The notes beneath the pieces were generated by a model. It had not been told where the DNA came from, did not search any database, and saw only the letters and a list, made by a program, of their open reading frames with translations. DNA of 64,000 bases. It comes from Chiloscyllium plagiosum (taxonomy: Eukaryota). Below, piece after piece: positions 1 through 13,879 of the stretch (positions are counted from its first letter, which is position 1; the number at the start of each line of letters is the position of its first letter). The position numbers and the translations under genes were made by a program. The stretch covers positions 70,153,728-70,217,727 of the forward strand of contig NC_057719.1 in the NCBI RefSeq assembly GCF_004010195.1. Direction: 5' to 3'.

Positions 1-337
1 ACGGATAGGAAAAATAGGCAAAGTCTTTTCCCTGGGGTCGGGGAGTCCAGAACTAGAGGGCATAGATTTAGGGAGAGAGGGGAAAGATATAAAAGAGACC
101 TCAGGGGCAACTTTTTCACGCAGAGGGTGGTACATGTATGGAATGAGCTCCAGAGGATGTGGTGGAGGCTGGTACAATTGCAACATTTAAGAGGCATTTG
201 GATGGGTATATGAATAGTAAGGGTTTGGAGGGATATGGGCCGGGTGCTGGCAGGTGGGACTAGATTGGGTTGGGATATCTGGTCGGCATGGACGGGCTGG
301 ACTGAAGGGTCTGTTTCCATGCTGTACATCTCTATGT
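1..337 (+). mobile_element. CR1-clade LINE 3' end (HER1-like), frameshifted ORF2 C-terminus plus 3' UTR
   Basis: Encodes ESRTRGHRF..RDLRGNFFTQRVV.VWNEL and ATFKRHLDGYM; tail GAAGGGTCTGTTTCCATGCTGTA resembles the HE1 SINE tail. Confidence 0.88.
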
Positions 338-434
338 GTTGACATAATAATTAGATGGAAGGAAGTCTGTAAGTTTTTTTTTTTAAATCACTGTGCTTTA
401 CTTCCTTGGTTACTGTTTATTCTTATAAGGAGGC

Positions 435-516
435 CTGGAGAAACTCAGCAGGTCCTGCAGTATCTGTGAAAAGAGGAACAGTATTAACATTGAGCCCAGA
501 ATGCCTCTTCTTTAGA
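435..516 (-). mobile_element. Decayed Penelope-like pseudo-LTR fragment
   Basis: CTGGAGAAACTCAGCAGGTC..GCAGTATCTGTG resembles the pLTR at 52178-52280. Confidence 0.55.
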
Positions 517-545
517 AATAAAAGATATTAATCAGGAAACTCACT

Positions 546-707
546 CACAGTCCAAAAACGTGCAGGCTAGGTGAATTGGCCATGCTAAATTGCCCGTAGT
601 CTTAATTGTAGGGGAATGGGTCTGGGTGGGTTACTCTTCGGAGGATCGGTGTGGATTTGTTGGGCCGAAGGGCCTGTTTCCACACTGTAAGTAATCTAAA
701 AAAAAAC
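546..707 (+). mobile_element. HE1 SINE, 5'-truncated
   Basis: AGGTGAATTGGCCATGCTAAATTGCCCGTAGT ... GGGCCTGTTTCCACACTGTAAGTAATCTAA, as in the 15563-15872 copy. Confidence 0.88.
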
Positions 708-864
708 TCCAAACTAACATTCAACTCCAATTCTTCTGTAAAGACTCAATAATATATTTTAATGCTTTAATAGAAACACCTTTCACTATCTCACGGTGCA
801 TCAAAATGCTTTCATAATCAAATAGCACTATCAACTGTGCTAATAAGCAGCACCTGCTTAGCAA

Positions 865-1412
865 TAACCTGCTAATGAACTTGAAAGACCCTATACAGAC
901 AACAAGCAAAAGTGAATGTCATTTACAAAATACCATGCAAGAACTGTAACAAACATTACATTGGACAAACAGGCAGAAAACTAGCCACCAGGATATATGA
1001 ATATCAACTAACCACAAAAAGACATGACCCACTCTCACTGGTATCTTTACATACAGATGAGAAAGGACACCACTTTGACTGGGACAATTCATCTATCCTA
1101 GGACAGACACAGGAATTCCTAGAAGCATGGCATTCCAACTGGAACTCTATCAACAAACACACTGACTTGGATTCCATTTACCACCCCTGAGAAAAAGAAC
1201 AGGAAATGACATCACCACAAGAAGTGACATCACTAACCCAAGGAAACCTAAACACGTAAATAAAAAGCCAACCACAGCACTAGTGCTTCACCTGAGGCTC
1301 ACTGATGATGTTACCTAACATGGTGATGAAACATCTGAAAATGAACCTTCCAGCTCAGCGAGCAAACTTTTATTCACAATCTCAACCTGAGCTACAAATC
1401 TTCTCAGAACTC
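865..1412 (+). mobile_element. Penelope-like element 3' portion: GIY-YIG endonuclease remnant plus pLTR
   Basis: ORF 912-1190 NVIYKIPCKNCNKHYIGQTGRKLATRIYE (GIY-YIG with CxxC); hammerhead-like motif downstream. Confidence 0.9.
1297..1338 (+). ncRNA. Degenerate minimal hammerhead ribozyme motif
   Basis: TCA-CTGATGA(1302-1308)-T-GTTACC-taacat-GGTGAT-GAAA(1328-1331)-C-ATC-TGA; stem II and a 3-bp stem I can pair. Confidence 0.65.
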
Positions 1413-2650
1413 ACTAACCTGTTCAGCGATGCCCAGTTTGGGTTCTGCCAGGCCACTCAGCTCCTGATCTCATTACAGCCTTGGTTCAAACATGGAAAAA
1501 GGGGTTGAATTCCAGAGCTGAGGAGAGAGTGACAGCCCTTGATACCAAGGTCACATTTGACAGAGTGTGGCAGCGAGGAGCCTGAGCAAAACTGGACTCA
1601 ACAGGTATCGGGGCAAACTCTCTGCTGGAGTCATACCTGGCACACAGGGAGTTGGTTGTGTTTGTTGGAGGTCAGTCACCTCAGCTCCAGGACATCTGTA
1701 CACAAGTTCCTCAGGGTTGTGTCCTGGAGCCAACCATTTTCAACGGCTTCATCAATGGTCAGAAGTGGGGCTGTTTGCCAATGACAGCCATAATGTTCAA
1801 CACAATTTGTGACTCCCCAAATACTGAAGCAGTCCATGCTCAAATGCATCAAAATCTGGACAATATTCAGGCTTGGGCTGACAAGTGGCAAGTAACATTC
1901 ACACCACATAAGTGCCAGGCAATTACCATCTCCAACAGGAGAAAACCAATTACCACCCCTAGATATTCAGTGGTGTTGCTATCACTGAATTCCTCTCTAA
2001 CAACATCCTTGGGGTTACCATTGACCAAAAAAACTAAATTGGATTTGCCACATAAACACAGTGGCTACGAGAGCAGGTCAGAGGGTAAGGATAACTCACC
2101 TCCTTATTCCCAAAGTCTGTCTACCATTTACAAGGCACGCAAATCAGGGGTGTGATGGAATACTCCCCACTTTCCTGCATACGTGCAGCTCCAATAACAC
2201 TCAAGAAGCTTGACAACATCTAAGACAAAGCAGCCAACTTGATTGGCACTACATCCATAAGCGTCCACTCCCTCCACGACTGACACTCCGTAGCAGCAGT
2301 GTGTACTATCTACAAGATGCACTGCAGAAATTCATCAAAGATCCTCAGACAGCACTTTCCAAACCCACCTAGAAGGACAATGGCAGCAGATATATGGGAA
2401 CACCACCACCTGTGAGTTCCCCTCCAAGACATTCACCATCCCGATATGGAAAATACTGCTATTCCTTCACTGTTGCTGGGTCAAAATTCTGGAATTTCCT
2501 TCCTATGAACCTTGAGGGTCGAACTACAACATGTGGACTACAGAGATTCAAGAAGGCAGCTCAGCATCACCTTCGCAAGGGCAATTAGTGACGAGCAATA
2601 AATGCTGGCCAGCCAGGAATGTCCACATCCAATGAGTGAATAAAACAAAA
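1413..2650 (+). mobile_element. CR1/L2-group LINE, decayed RT plus 3' end
   Basis: QFGFCQ, VPQGCVLEPTIF and LDNIQAWADKWQVTFTPHKCQA motifs across frameshifts; 3' end GGGCAATTAG..CAATAAATGCTGGCC..TGAATAAAA. Confidence 0.88.
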
Positions 2651-2659
2651 TAAGTACTT

Positions 2660-3000
2660 TCGTTGTCACTGCTATGCAGAGTGTGACAGACAATTTGAAC
2701 GTAACAGACTCCAACAAATAGTCTTTTACTGACTTTAATTGAGAGATAAATATTGCCTGGACACCAGAGATAGTTCTGGAGCACTTCCTTGAATAGGAAA
2801 AGCATTTTTAAACATATATCTACCTGACTAAAGTAAATGGGATTGTGGCTTAACATCTCAAAAGATGGAATCTCCGACAGTGCAATATTCCCTTGGCACT
2901 GCATGGAAAATCATGTGGAATTTTATACTCAAATCTTTGAACTAGGATATAATCTGTAACCTTCAGACTCAGAAGTAAGAGTTCTTGCATCAGAACCACC
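2660..3000 (-). mobile_element. Old Deu-domain SINE (SacSINE1/AmnSINE1-like)
   Basis: TTAACATCTCAAAAGATGGAATCTCCGACAGTGCA and ATAAATATTGCCTGGACACCAG resemble the reverse complement of the Deu domain as recalled; similar to 7540-7921. Confidence 0.65.
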
Positions 3001-4769
3001 AATCTGATGGTAGCATTTATAATGTTGTGAAGAAAAAGCTAGAGTTTGAAAAAGTAAAATACAGCTGCAGCAATTACTATACGCAGAAAATTACTTTAGC
3101 AGTTTGTGGGAAATAAAATTATTTTTGCAACTCTCTATTGCATAAATGCACATTACTCAATTTCATAAAAACAAATTTCAGATTCTTAACTTTTAAAACA
3201 CACCAGGAACTGTCTGGATTGACTGCTGTACATATAATTTTATAAACTGAATATCAGGCCTTTCATAAGAAAAAAGTATACAAGAATATTCCGGAAAGAT
3301 ATTTCAGAAACAGTGTAAAATGCAGGGCATGATTGATACTATCATGTCTTTATGATTGTGAACCTTAACAAGGAATTCATAAACTGGTTTACCTCTTGTT
3401 CTGCCACTCTGACAGTCAATGTAAAATTCACAACGTTGAATCTACTTTTTGTGAGAACAACTTGTGCACATATTAGAGAAGTAATTAATATTGCAATAAA
3501 TTGTTGGGCACAGCTGGCCTATAACTACATGGTTCAGCTAAAGCATGCCTTGCATATGATTACTAATGGCATTTGCTGTGGTAATGGATATCATTGTGAA
3601 TGAAACTCTCCACTCTGATTCACAAATATAGTATTGAACCGAGTCCTGCAACAGAAGAGTTCATCTAGTTATAAATAAAAATACCTTTCCACTGAGTTTT
3701 GTGCCATCTATCCAAAACTTCATGTTAAATGATCAGAACCTTTAATCCAGTTTACATTAACCAGCAGAGAAGTTCCTGGAATAAGTCCTAACATTTTTTG
3801 TTACTCAAAACAAACATACTTTTCACTGAAATAGAACAGGTCTCCTGGGAATGTCAGTGACTTCGAGCAAGACTGTAAAAGGAAAGCCACATTTCCCATG
3901 GCATTTATCCAGATTTTTCTCTAACAATTGGACACAGTTTAGTACTCAATATTTATTATTTTAAGTTGGCTGAATTGGAAGTCTTACAAAAGGGAAGATA
4001 AAAAGAGAATTGATCAAATAAGAGACAGTGAAAGATAGCTGAGAAAGAGCACGTGCACACACAGAACAGTGGAAGGGAAGAACGATTTCGGGAGAATTAG
4101 AATAAATAGCTAGTACTTGAAAATTAGAAATTGAAAATGTAAAAAGTCACATTAGCCCATCCAACTAATCAATAATAAAAAACAGAAATTGCTAAAAATG
4201 CTCAGCAACTCTTACAGCACTTGTGGAGAAAACAGTTAACATTTCAGGTTGCTGGTGTTTCAAAGGAGTTTGGACAAAAGCAAGCAGATGGCCTTCACGA
4301 TCGGCCTCGCAGGGACCACCTAGTACAGACTCTCAAAATAGAGGCAACCATACCCATCACACCACTGTGTATTCTCGGGGGTTTATTTTGCTTGCGTACA
4401 GTTTTTTACTTTTGGATCACAGAGTGCAAATATTTACATAAATCCAGATGTGTGATAGTTTCCATTCTTTAATGGTAAAAAAATAAAGTGAATGGTAGCA
4501 ACATTTTATATGAAAGGAGGCAACAAGACCGCTGGACAGATATGAGTCTTTCATTGACAGAATACATCCATTTCAATGAGACTGCTCTGAGAACAGCTCA
4601 GAAACTGAGCTGTGGAACTTTCCAGCCTCCTGGATTAGAAGCCCTGAGAAGAAACACACCTTAATAAGGCTATCCTTGCCATTTTCTTTCTAATTAAACA
4701 CAGGAATCATCTCTGGCTGAGTTAATATCAATTGTCCATCCCCAGTCATCAAGAGGGTAGAATTTATTT

Positions 4770-5095
4770 TAAGAATCCCTATAGTGTGGAAACAGGCCCT
4801 TCGGCCCAAAATATCCTCACCGACCCTGTGAAGAGTATCCCACCCAAATCCAATCCCCTATTACTCTATATTTATCCCTAATTAACATACCCCTTAAACA
4901 CTATGGGCAATTTAGCATGGCCAATTCACCTAACCTGCACATCTTCGGATTGTGGGAGGAAACCGGAGCACCTGGAGGAAACCCATGCAGACACATGAAG
5001 AATGTACAAACTCCACACAGTCGTCCAAGGCTAGAATCGAACCTGGGTCCCTAGTGCTGTCAGGCAGCAGTGCTAACCACTGAGCCAGTGTGCTA
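4770..5095 (-). mobile_element. HE1 SINE, near full length, inserted into an older SINE (4700-4760 and 5097-5290)
   Basis: Reverse complement of the tRNA-like head, V-domain (GGAAACCGGAGCACCTGGAGGAAACCCA) and tail; right flank resembles 14600-14910. Confidence 0.88.
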
Positions 5096-5419
5096 AAGTT
5101 AAGGTTCAACAACACGTTGAGTGGATTTGGAGTCAGACGTCAGAGAGGCCAGGGAGGATTTCTTTCCCTAAAGTGGATTATGTTTTCACAACAACTGACA
5201 GTAATTAATTGGTCACCATTAGTTAGGAGTTTATTCTAGTTTTTTTATTGTATTCAAATTTCACCATCTGTCATTACCACAATGTCACAACCTTCCATTG
5301 AGGAAATATGAATGAGACCTTCAAGTGCTGCCCAGCCACCCCTGTGATGCACTGCAGGCCCTAACTCAAAAGGTTCAGGTACTGGAACTCTGTAAGCCCG
5401 ATTAATTGCATTTTTGGTT

Positions 5420-5960
5420 ACAGTGCTTTTGTGATCACCTGAAGGGACATAACGTCTCTTGTTCCCTAAAATGTATCCATAGTGCTAGGGTACACAGGGA
5501 GGAATGAAGTGCTTCAGCAGCCTGGACAGTACGGGAAGAAGGAGTCACACAGCTGTCAGACAGGAAGTGCATACAGCCAGCAAACTCTTATGGTCACTGA
5601 CCATCTGAATGACAAATGAATGGAAGCCCTTCTTATTGATGGATCTCTCTGGCCACACACTTGGTGGTCAATTAGATGCAATCACTATTATCTTGTGCCT
5701 GAGAAGATCCAGTTATGAAGCCAAAATCCACATCCCTTGTGTCAATGAGGCCACAACTGTCTGAATGGAACATACCATTAAAACTCTCACAAATAGGGAT
5801 CAGCAACCTGTAGGATGCAGTGGGATGCTACTACTTGCGAGAGACAGCCAGAACCCACAGCTATATATTGAAAACAGCCAGAAGTGAATTAGTTCAAGTC
5901 CACATTGACTTGAACAGTTACTGACAGGACGTAACAAACAGTGCTCAATGAGGGCACAAA
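5420..5960 (-). mobile_element. PIF/Harbinger (HARBI1-type) DDE transposase remnant
   Basis: Minus strand reads INKKGFHSFVIQMVSDH (cf. NRKGxHSxNVQxVCD), with decayed GSCHDSF-like and LLGDKGY-like segments in the expected order; no intact ORF. Confidence 0.72.
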
Positions 5961-7539
5961 TCTGCTTACCACCTACCTATGAGCGCAATCTCCTGGGATA
6001 CCAATTCTCTGAAATGCCCATGAGCCTCTTCAGCAGCACCTCTATATAGAGGATATAGCCTTCTATGCCCTCTTAGGCTTCACTTCTCTCCTAAAACTGA
6101 GGGTTCTGCTTCTCCTCCTGAGAATGCTGGCCCTCAATATTCAGTCCAACATCTAAGAATTTAAGTACCATGATCAGCTGTTGCTTTGCTTGTGCTCCTC
6201 TGCACTCTATTTCTGAAGCCCAGCAATTCGGTCCCCACTGGTTTTATGGCCTGACGCTGCCTGGAGGGTCACATCCCCTCCTATTGTCCTGGCACACATG
6301 AACCACTGGCTCTGTAATTTATGAAAACTCAATGGTAACAGTGCATTTATGACCGAGTGTCCCTCTCAGCCATGTTCCTTTCTATGGGTTCTCCTAACTT
6401 GATGGAGTGGCCATGACTGACTCTGATTCGTGGCTGCTTTTGTGAACTTGTAATACATGCTGGAAGAGGCACAACTTATACGGGCCAACAAAAACTCCAA
6501 ACTAGTTCATAAAGAGCCAACAAGCTCATTAACAAGACAAATTGGCCACTTTTACAAATCCAGCAGGTTTCCAGTTTGAGCCTTCTTGCTTCCTGACTGG
6601 AAACCACCCATAGCAAGCATGGAGGCAGACCATCCTACAGTGCTATCTCTCCTCCTATTGGGTTCTAAAAATTTGATCCAACACTACTCCTCACTAATAC
6701 AGGAAGTATCAGTCTGGATTGTGCACTCAAATATGGACTGCAGATTGAACCCAAAAGCAGCCTAACTTCGAAAAGTGAAAGTGCTACACACTAAGCCACA
6801 GCTGACACTGAGGATGTGCTTCCAGGTTACCGAATTAGTGAGATGAATGCTGAACCTTGGAGGCAGCGCAATGTTGCTTCTGACGTTGACATCATGAAGG
6901 GGTTGCACGTCACATTTCCTATCACTCCAGCACAGAATAATTCAATGTCACTGTGAAAGGCAAAACTGAAATGTGAAAGGACCGGTGGGTGAAACTTAGA
7001 CTTTGCTTTCATCTTGGATTTCATGTCTCTGTAAGTAGTGGGGCACAGATGGGATCATTTGTCGAGTGACGTTCCATCTCTAACACTTCAACAACATGCA
7101 AGTAGCCCTCTTTATAGCTTTTTTACACTCTGCAACCATTTTAAGGCTAAGTGATTCCCCAATTCAAAGTGAAACCTGATTAACGTGTGCCACTTGGGTT
7201 CTTTTAACACTATGAACTACAAAGCCATTTCCTTGACCTGTTCATGAAGTGTCCACTGTGCTCAGTGTAGGCTGCCAAGCTAGAAATGGAAACCCTCCAA
7301 ATGGAAAAAAAATCTGGCTTGGTTCTGGCAAGTTGCCTTTGGATACCTGCTTAGGGAAGGAGGGTTCCAGCTCCATTTAAATGAGGTACAGCTGTTAAAA
7401 TGGACTGTCCCTCCTTTTACAAATCTCAGGTGACCTATCCATTGACTACAGCAGTACGCCATTCAGAAGTTTAAATTTCCTGTCTGATTCAGAGACATTA
7501 TTATCAGAATGTTACGTTGAAAATTGGAGATTTGAATTT

Positions 7540-7921
7540 CTTCAGTGCCTTTCATGACCAAAGCATTTTATAGCCAATGAAGTGCCTTCAAAGTGCAGTC
7601 ACTATTTGTAATATTGGCAGCCAATTTGCACACAGCACCATAAGCAAGATAATGGTTGGATAACCTGCTTTTAGTGAGTGACTAATGGAGAAATATCAGC
7701 CATGACACAGGATAAGTCCCCTATTCTTTTTTGAACTAATGTCACATGACCTTTTACATCCTAACGTGGTTTCATTTAAGCATCTCATCTGAAAGAAGAC
7801 ACCTCTGACAATGCAGTACTGCAATGGATTGTCAGTCTAGGCTGTTCTATTCTGGCCTTGAATGGGACTTGAACTCACAACTTTCGCACACAGAGGTGAA
7901 TGTACTACTAATTGAGCCATG
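7540..7921 (-). mobile_element. Deu-domain SINE, near full length, old
   Basis: Reverse-complement tRNA-like head (GGGACTTGAACTC..TGAGCCAT) and Deu core CATCTCATCTGAAAGAAGACACCTCTGACAATGCAG. Smaller related fragments at ~35800-35960 and ~44210-44430. Confidence 0.72.
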
Positions 7922-10900
7922 CTATTTCATTAAAGAGCAGTAAAAAAGCAAGTGAATGGTATCATTAAAGCATACCAAACATAAAAAATTGCAACTGGTT
8001 CAAATATCACTGAGCATAAATGGATTATATTTCTGGTTCAATACTGTAACTACTTTCTCATTTAATTTTTGTTACTGACTTCTTGATAAGGTAATGATGT
8101 TCTGGAAGGATAATAAAACATTGCAAGCAGATAAAATACAGAATAACCTGGAGGAAGATCTGAGCACTCAGATTAAAGCTATGCTTCAGAACCAAGCCAA
8201 CATAAACAAATTCAGTCACAATCTGACATCATTGCCAGATCTTTCCAAGGACAACTGGCAAAGTGTTAGAAACCTTCCTTATGGAATAAGCTGCGGGAGC
8301 TGAGCTAATCAGTTGTGTCCCTGAGAATGAAGAAATAATGCTATCAGTCACAGGAAGGAAATAGCACACCAGCCTTACTGAAACGCTTGCAAGGAACAAT
8401 GAGGTAAAGAACAACCACAAAAAATTTTCCCAGTACTCTAAATCATAAAAAAAATCACAATTCTAAAAACATTGTATTGGTGTAGTCACACTATGCTCTT
8501 GAAAATAGAAGTTTCGAGTTAAATTGTTTGCACAATGCAAAGGAGAATCAGACATCATTAACTCCAAAAAGGGTAGTATACTAGTACAGAATATAACATA
8601 CATTTTAAACATAAATATTACAATAGTCTCGATCTCAAATACAATGATTGAGAAAATCTTCATTTTAGGATTAAGATACTTTCTGTTCCAAATTATGTTT
8701 CAATATAGGGGAATAATTTCTCATTTTTTAACAATTGAATGGTGATGAGAGTGCACTGTTGCAGGGAATAGCATTCAGGAAATTGCAGGCCTGGTATCTA
8801 GCCCATTACAATTAAATGACTTCTTCAGTTGTTATTATTATCTTGGAGCATGTAATCAGGGCCTTAGAAACATTAATGCTTTATTCAGGTTTCTCAGTCA
8901 GTAATGATACACACAAAAAAAAACTCCAAGAATGGTTTAGGCATTCATTGTTCCAAAAATAAAGAATAAAAAGGCAAACCGCATTTCTAATAGACTCACA
9001 TCATCTTTGAAAGGACAAAATAAAATGGAGGTATACAAAGGTCACACAGGGCTGCTAAACCTAAACGGGAAAATAGTAATTCAGCAAAAATCTTGAATCA
9101 CGACTTGTATAACTGTAACTATAATAAGGCTACTGTTTAAAAAAAATATACTTTCATTTTTATTGCTTTTTATGCTCTTTGATTCTCTAAAAGCCTTCTA
9201 CGTCCAAAGAATTATTTATAAAATAAAGTCGCTGGGTGAAAACATCTATTCCTGGCAGTGACAACCTTTGGGGCAGGAACGGTGGAGTCTTGGTGTGCTC
9301 AAACACACCATCTTCCCGAAATTATCAAAATGAAATTCTGGATGGGAAGGCCTACAGTTGCCCTTCCTGCCCCACTGCCAATTTAGGCCCTTAAGTGGCC
9401 AACTAACAATTACTCAAGGGTCTTGTCTCTCCACTGCTGCGATTAACTCAGCTGACCTGTCACCTAGATGGCCTGCCCATTCAATTTGTGCAGGCAGCTC
9501 GCCATGTCAGAGGAGCAGGGAAGGTACAAACCCCTCGGACTCTTTCACTGACAACCTCTGCCAAACCAAGACACCTTTACCTGCTGCAGCCCCCTATAAA
9601 TCACTTATCTTAATCCTGGGACTCTGGGCACTTCCAGTAGCAACCACAATATCCTCTGGGTCACTTCTGAGTGCAAGAGCTGCCAGCTTTAAGATGTTTT
9701 CATCTCTTGCTGGGTGGATCCACAGTCCCTGGGGTTTTAATTCCAAACAAAGGTCCACCAACTGTTTCGGGACTGCCAGACTGTCATGTAGTTTGGTGGG
9801 TCCTATCTAGAACAGGCAGCATAGATCTCTCATTAACTCAAGCCTCCTGCCAACACCTCTGATGAATCAACAAGATGTGCACGACTTTTGTTATGTGGCA
9901 ACATATAATTAGCACAAGAAGAGATTGTTCAACAGCAAACAAGATTCAATTTTTTTTTATGGTGTTGGTTAAAGGGAAACGTTAGGCACGTTGACCAAGG
10001 AGTTCCCTAACCTTTAAATACCTAATAAGGACATTTACTAAGGATGACATAGCCTTAGAATCAGTTAGCTTTGGACCAAATTTACACTGTTTCTTATGCT
10101 TTCTGATGCAATTCATAGAGAAATACACAAATATAATGGTATTGAAATCTCATCTTCTGTCCCTCCTAAAATATGCAAGAGCTTAACAATTGATAGCTTT
10201 ATTTATCACATCACAATGATATTAATTGGTTCTATCTGCTGATGAATAGTATCTTGAACTAATTAAAGGATTCTATTACTGGAATAATTAAACCTGATAT
10301 CTATTTCATTCTCTTCAAGTATGGCAAAATCAACAGCACCAAAACTGATCACTTTATTTAAGCTGCTCATTTGGAACAATGAAAAGCAGCAGTCAGCACT
10401 TGCATGTCATATGACCAAGGTAGGATACAAGTTGGGTTTTGGCCCAGACAAATTGATCATTTCTGCTCAGCGTGAATTACAACAGCAACTGTTGCAATCT
10501 GCTTTCGAGACAAGTCAATTATTAATTGCAAAGATGGCAGTATTATTTATATTTAGTTGTCTGTAATTGAAGATGCATGCCTTTTGGATTTTCTCTTATC
10601 TTGGTAGTACCCATCAATTGTCTTGGCTTTAAAGGTTTTTTTTTTCAGATTTTGATGTATTATAGTGGTTACTGTTTCACCTGAGCATTATTGTTGCTAC
10701 CCCAATGACTGCTGGTCTTTGGTACTTTTCTTACTGCTGAACACACTGTCCTCAAAACAGTGGAAAATAATTTGTTTCTTTTTGTCCTGTTGCTGATTAT
10801 TATACAAGCTTCTCCCGACTCCAAGCAGACCACTGATAATGAATGGCAAGCTGAATGATAAAGACAAAAATACAACATACTGTATTGTAAAGAAATATTA

Positions 10901-11870
10901 TCTTTCCAAAACATGGGAACTTTTTTCTATCATAAGTAATCTTTTGCAAAGAAAACAAAGTTGTTAATAATTTTTTGTCTATGATTATTATTGCACCTTT
11001 TCAATCTGATAGAGAAATTCTTTAAATATTTAATCAACTGGAAGAAGAATACAAATCTAAAAATATTGTATCTTTTTAACATATCTTTTAAGTACTGAGG
11101 CCTGGAATCAGAAAGAACTGTGATGAAAAATAATGTTTGAAAGGTTTGCTGCAAGGAAACAAGTAACCCAACAACCGTTAGCGGCATCATGGAAACGACA
11201 AATCAAAGAAGCAGGAAATGCAGATTTATAGACAAATCGGAGTTGAGGGGTGTACTGATGCTGTTTTTGCTGCAAAAAGAAGTTAATTGGTCCATAAACT
11301 AGTGACCAGTTATCAATGACAGAGACTTTTTTTTGGCCTGCCAACAACTCTATGATTGTTTCTCAGGTCAATGAAAAGTTTGGAGCTGGGAACAATTGAC
11401 AGAGAGGGAGAGCTTAGGAGTGGTCTCTGTGTCCTCTGCAGTCAAGACCCACCATAAACCTAAAGAAAATCTGTTTAGCTTTCCTGCAACCATTGTTGCA
11501 TGCTGGAACTTTTAACTGCTAAGTCAGAGACTTTTCCTCAGAGAACCAATCATCTTGTGTCTCTCACCTACCAGTGGAATCATCCAGAGAAAGACAACTA
11601 TTATGCTCAACAAGTGAATCATAAGGATCACCTCACAAAGACTACTCAACAGGATTCTAAATCTCTTTTCTGTCAATAACCCTATTTGTTGCCAGTCCGT
11701 GTGTGTCGGGGAGAGTTTATATGGGAATTAGAGTTTTAATTAGTTGCATTATGTGTCTTTTTTAAATAAATATCTATCCATAGCTAAAGTCTAATTACTT
11801 ATATAACAATTTTTGTTCAGTACACAAATCTGGTCTGTGCTACTACCAGTCTGGGTCTGGAAGACAGAAT

Positions 11871-11960
11871 CAAAAGTGTGGCACTGAAAAAGCACAGCAG
11901 GTCAGGCAGCATTGCACGAGTAGGAGAATCGACCTTTTGGGCATAAGCCCTTCATTGGGA
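11871..11960 (-). mobile_element. Penelope-like pLTR fragment, hammerhead core destroyed
   Basis: AAAGCACAGCAGGTCAGGCAGCA..GAGAATCGAC..GGGCATAAGCCCTTCAT; minus strand shows CCAATGA/AAAA in place of CTGATGA/GAAA. Confidence 0.8.
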
Positions 11961-12859
11961 AAATTGGGAAAATCTTTAGCTTTTGTGATGACTTAGGAAT
12001 TTCACTATCAGCGCACTACCCCAGTGAGCCAGAACAATATCTACATGGACACACACAGCAGTCAAAATGCCTTGACATTTTAAATGCTGGTTTACAACAT
12101 TTCCTGCCTTCATCAAAAAGAAAACCCTTTACCTGAATTCATTTGAGTCAAGTATTCAGTTTCTTATATTCACCAAAGGCCGGTAAATGTCATCATCTAA
12201 AATATTCATGGCATTCTCTATTGTTCTAACAAAGCAATGCATCAATAAAGTTTTATTCTTCAAACCTAATGTAGGATTACATTAAATTTACTGACATCAG
12301 CACAATAGTGCAGAACAATTAGATCTGATAATCCAGCATAAGACGTTAGTTAATGAGAACCTTCTCTTTGATGAGATGGTCAGCTGTCATCCCTCCAATA
12401 AGTTTTAATGCAACATAATTGCACTGTCTAAGTCACTACAGTGAACATTTCTGAAAAATAAAACTAAGAAGTATGAAAACGTGTCACAGAGAATTTACAA
12501 TCATTCTATTTTTAATTTATGAAGCAAGACACAGGCAACATTGCTTGTTTGAAAAAACTAGATCAATGACAAAAGATGGAGATCCGCAGTCAACCTGTAA
12601 ACTAAATCCAGTACTTGACAGCAAAAAAATGGAAGAATTCACAAACCTGAAGCGGGATAAGAGAACACAAGTTTTGTTTTCTTCCACTATACATACACAA
12701 AATAAACAGTCTAAAAAGGTCACATAGAAATAAATAGAAAAAACAACAAAGAAGCAAATGATTCCATTAAATCACCCTTGTGTTTAACCCCCTTATGAGC
12801 AGTAGTCCTAATCCAAGTTCCAGCCCCTCTGAGCTGATTGATTTCGTAACATCACAAAC

Positions 12860-13520
12860 GATTACGGTACATAAGGTTTTCCTTTGGTCCATCAAGTCTG
12901 CATCAGCTTTCAAAAAACAATTCAGCTCAAGTCCCACTACATAACTTTTTCTCATATCACTACAATTACTTTTCCTTCAATTTTTTGTGAAATTGCCTTT
13001 TGAAGATTACTGCTGAATTTGCTTGCAATTGAGCACATGTTCCAAATTGTAATGTCTCGCTGAATAATAGAGTTGGACCACAGGTCACATCTGGTTCTTT
13101 TGCCAATCACTTTAAATCTGTATGCACTGGCTATTGAAATTTCAACCAGTGGAAACAGTTACTCCTTACTTACTCTATCTACCCCTCACTGGTGTTAAAC
13201 ATCTCAATTAAAATTTTACCTAGCAAGTTCTGCTTAAAGAGCAGCAACCCCAGCTTCACCTGATTATTCCTGTGAAAATAATCCATTATCCCTGAAGATA
13301 TTCAGATATATCTCTTCAATATTCACTTCAGAGCTTCCATGTTATTCCTGAAACACGATGCCCAGAACTGGACACAATATTCCAGCAGGAATGAAGGCGT
13401 AACCTAACTTCCTGATTTTATACTCTGTGCCGCTATTTATAAAACACAGCATTCCAAATGCATTAAGTGTTCTGCTAACCAGCGCTGCTACTCTTAAAGA
13501 TTTGTGCACAAATAACCAGG
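12860..13520 (-). mobile_element. Highly decayed CR1 LINE 3' region
   Basis: CCCAGAACTGGACACAATATTCCAG (reverse: LEYCVQFW) and other CR1 C-terminal motifs. Confidence 0.65.
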
Positions 13521-13879
13521 ATGTTGTCTCTCTCTTCTGCACCAATTTCATATCATGCCAATTGGATACATGAGGCACAGATTTCTTTTCAGATTTCCCC
13601 CTTCCTGGTTTCTCTCCAGGGCAAACTCACATGATTGTTTCCTCTTCTTGCCATCTGTCTCAGCACCTCCAGGGAGAGAAAATTACATGCATGGTCTCTC
13701 AACTTCCTACCAAATCACAGCACCTTTTTCTTTGTTGAATTTCATCAGCAATAGGTCTACAAATTTCACCAGTTTGTTTATATCCTGTTGTCCTCTTTTT
13801 CTATCTTTCTTGTTAACCACTAAAGTTACAAGATAAACATGTTACCAGCAAACATTGAAATACTGGAAGGGTATCCTCA

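Noticed and set aside
912..1190. Stand-alone GIY-YIG nuclease gene
   Set aside because: Non-ATG start, no splice context, flanked by pLTR and hammerhead; it is a truncated Penelope element.
1652..2155. Longest ORF (167 aa) as a gene
   Set aside because: Frameshifted LINE reverse-transcriptase debris.
9358..9810. 150-aa ORF
   Set aside because: TTG start, no recognisable domain, lies in probable decayed repeat sequence.
11100..11860. Possible solo LTR
   Set aside because: Composition is suggestive, but I could not identify TG...CA ends, a TSD or a second copy.
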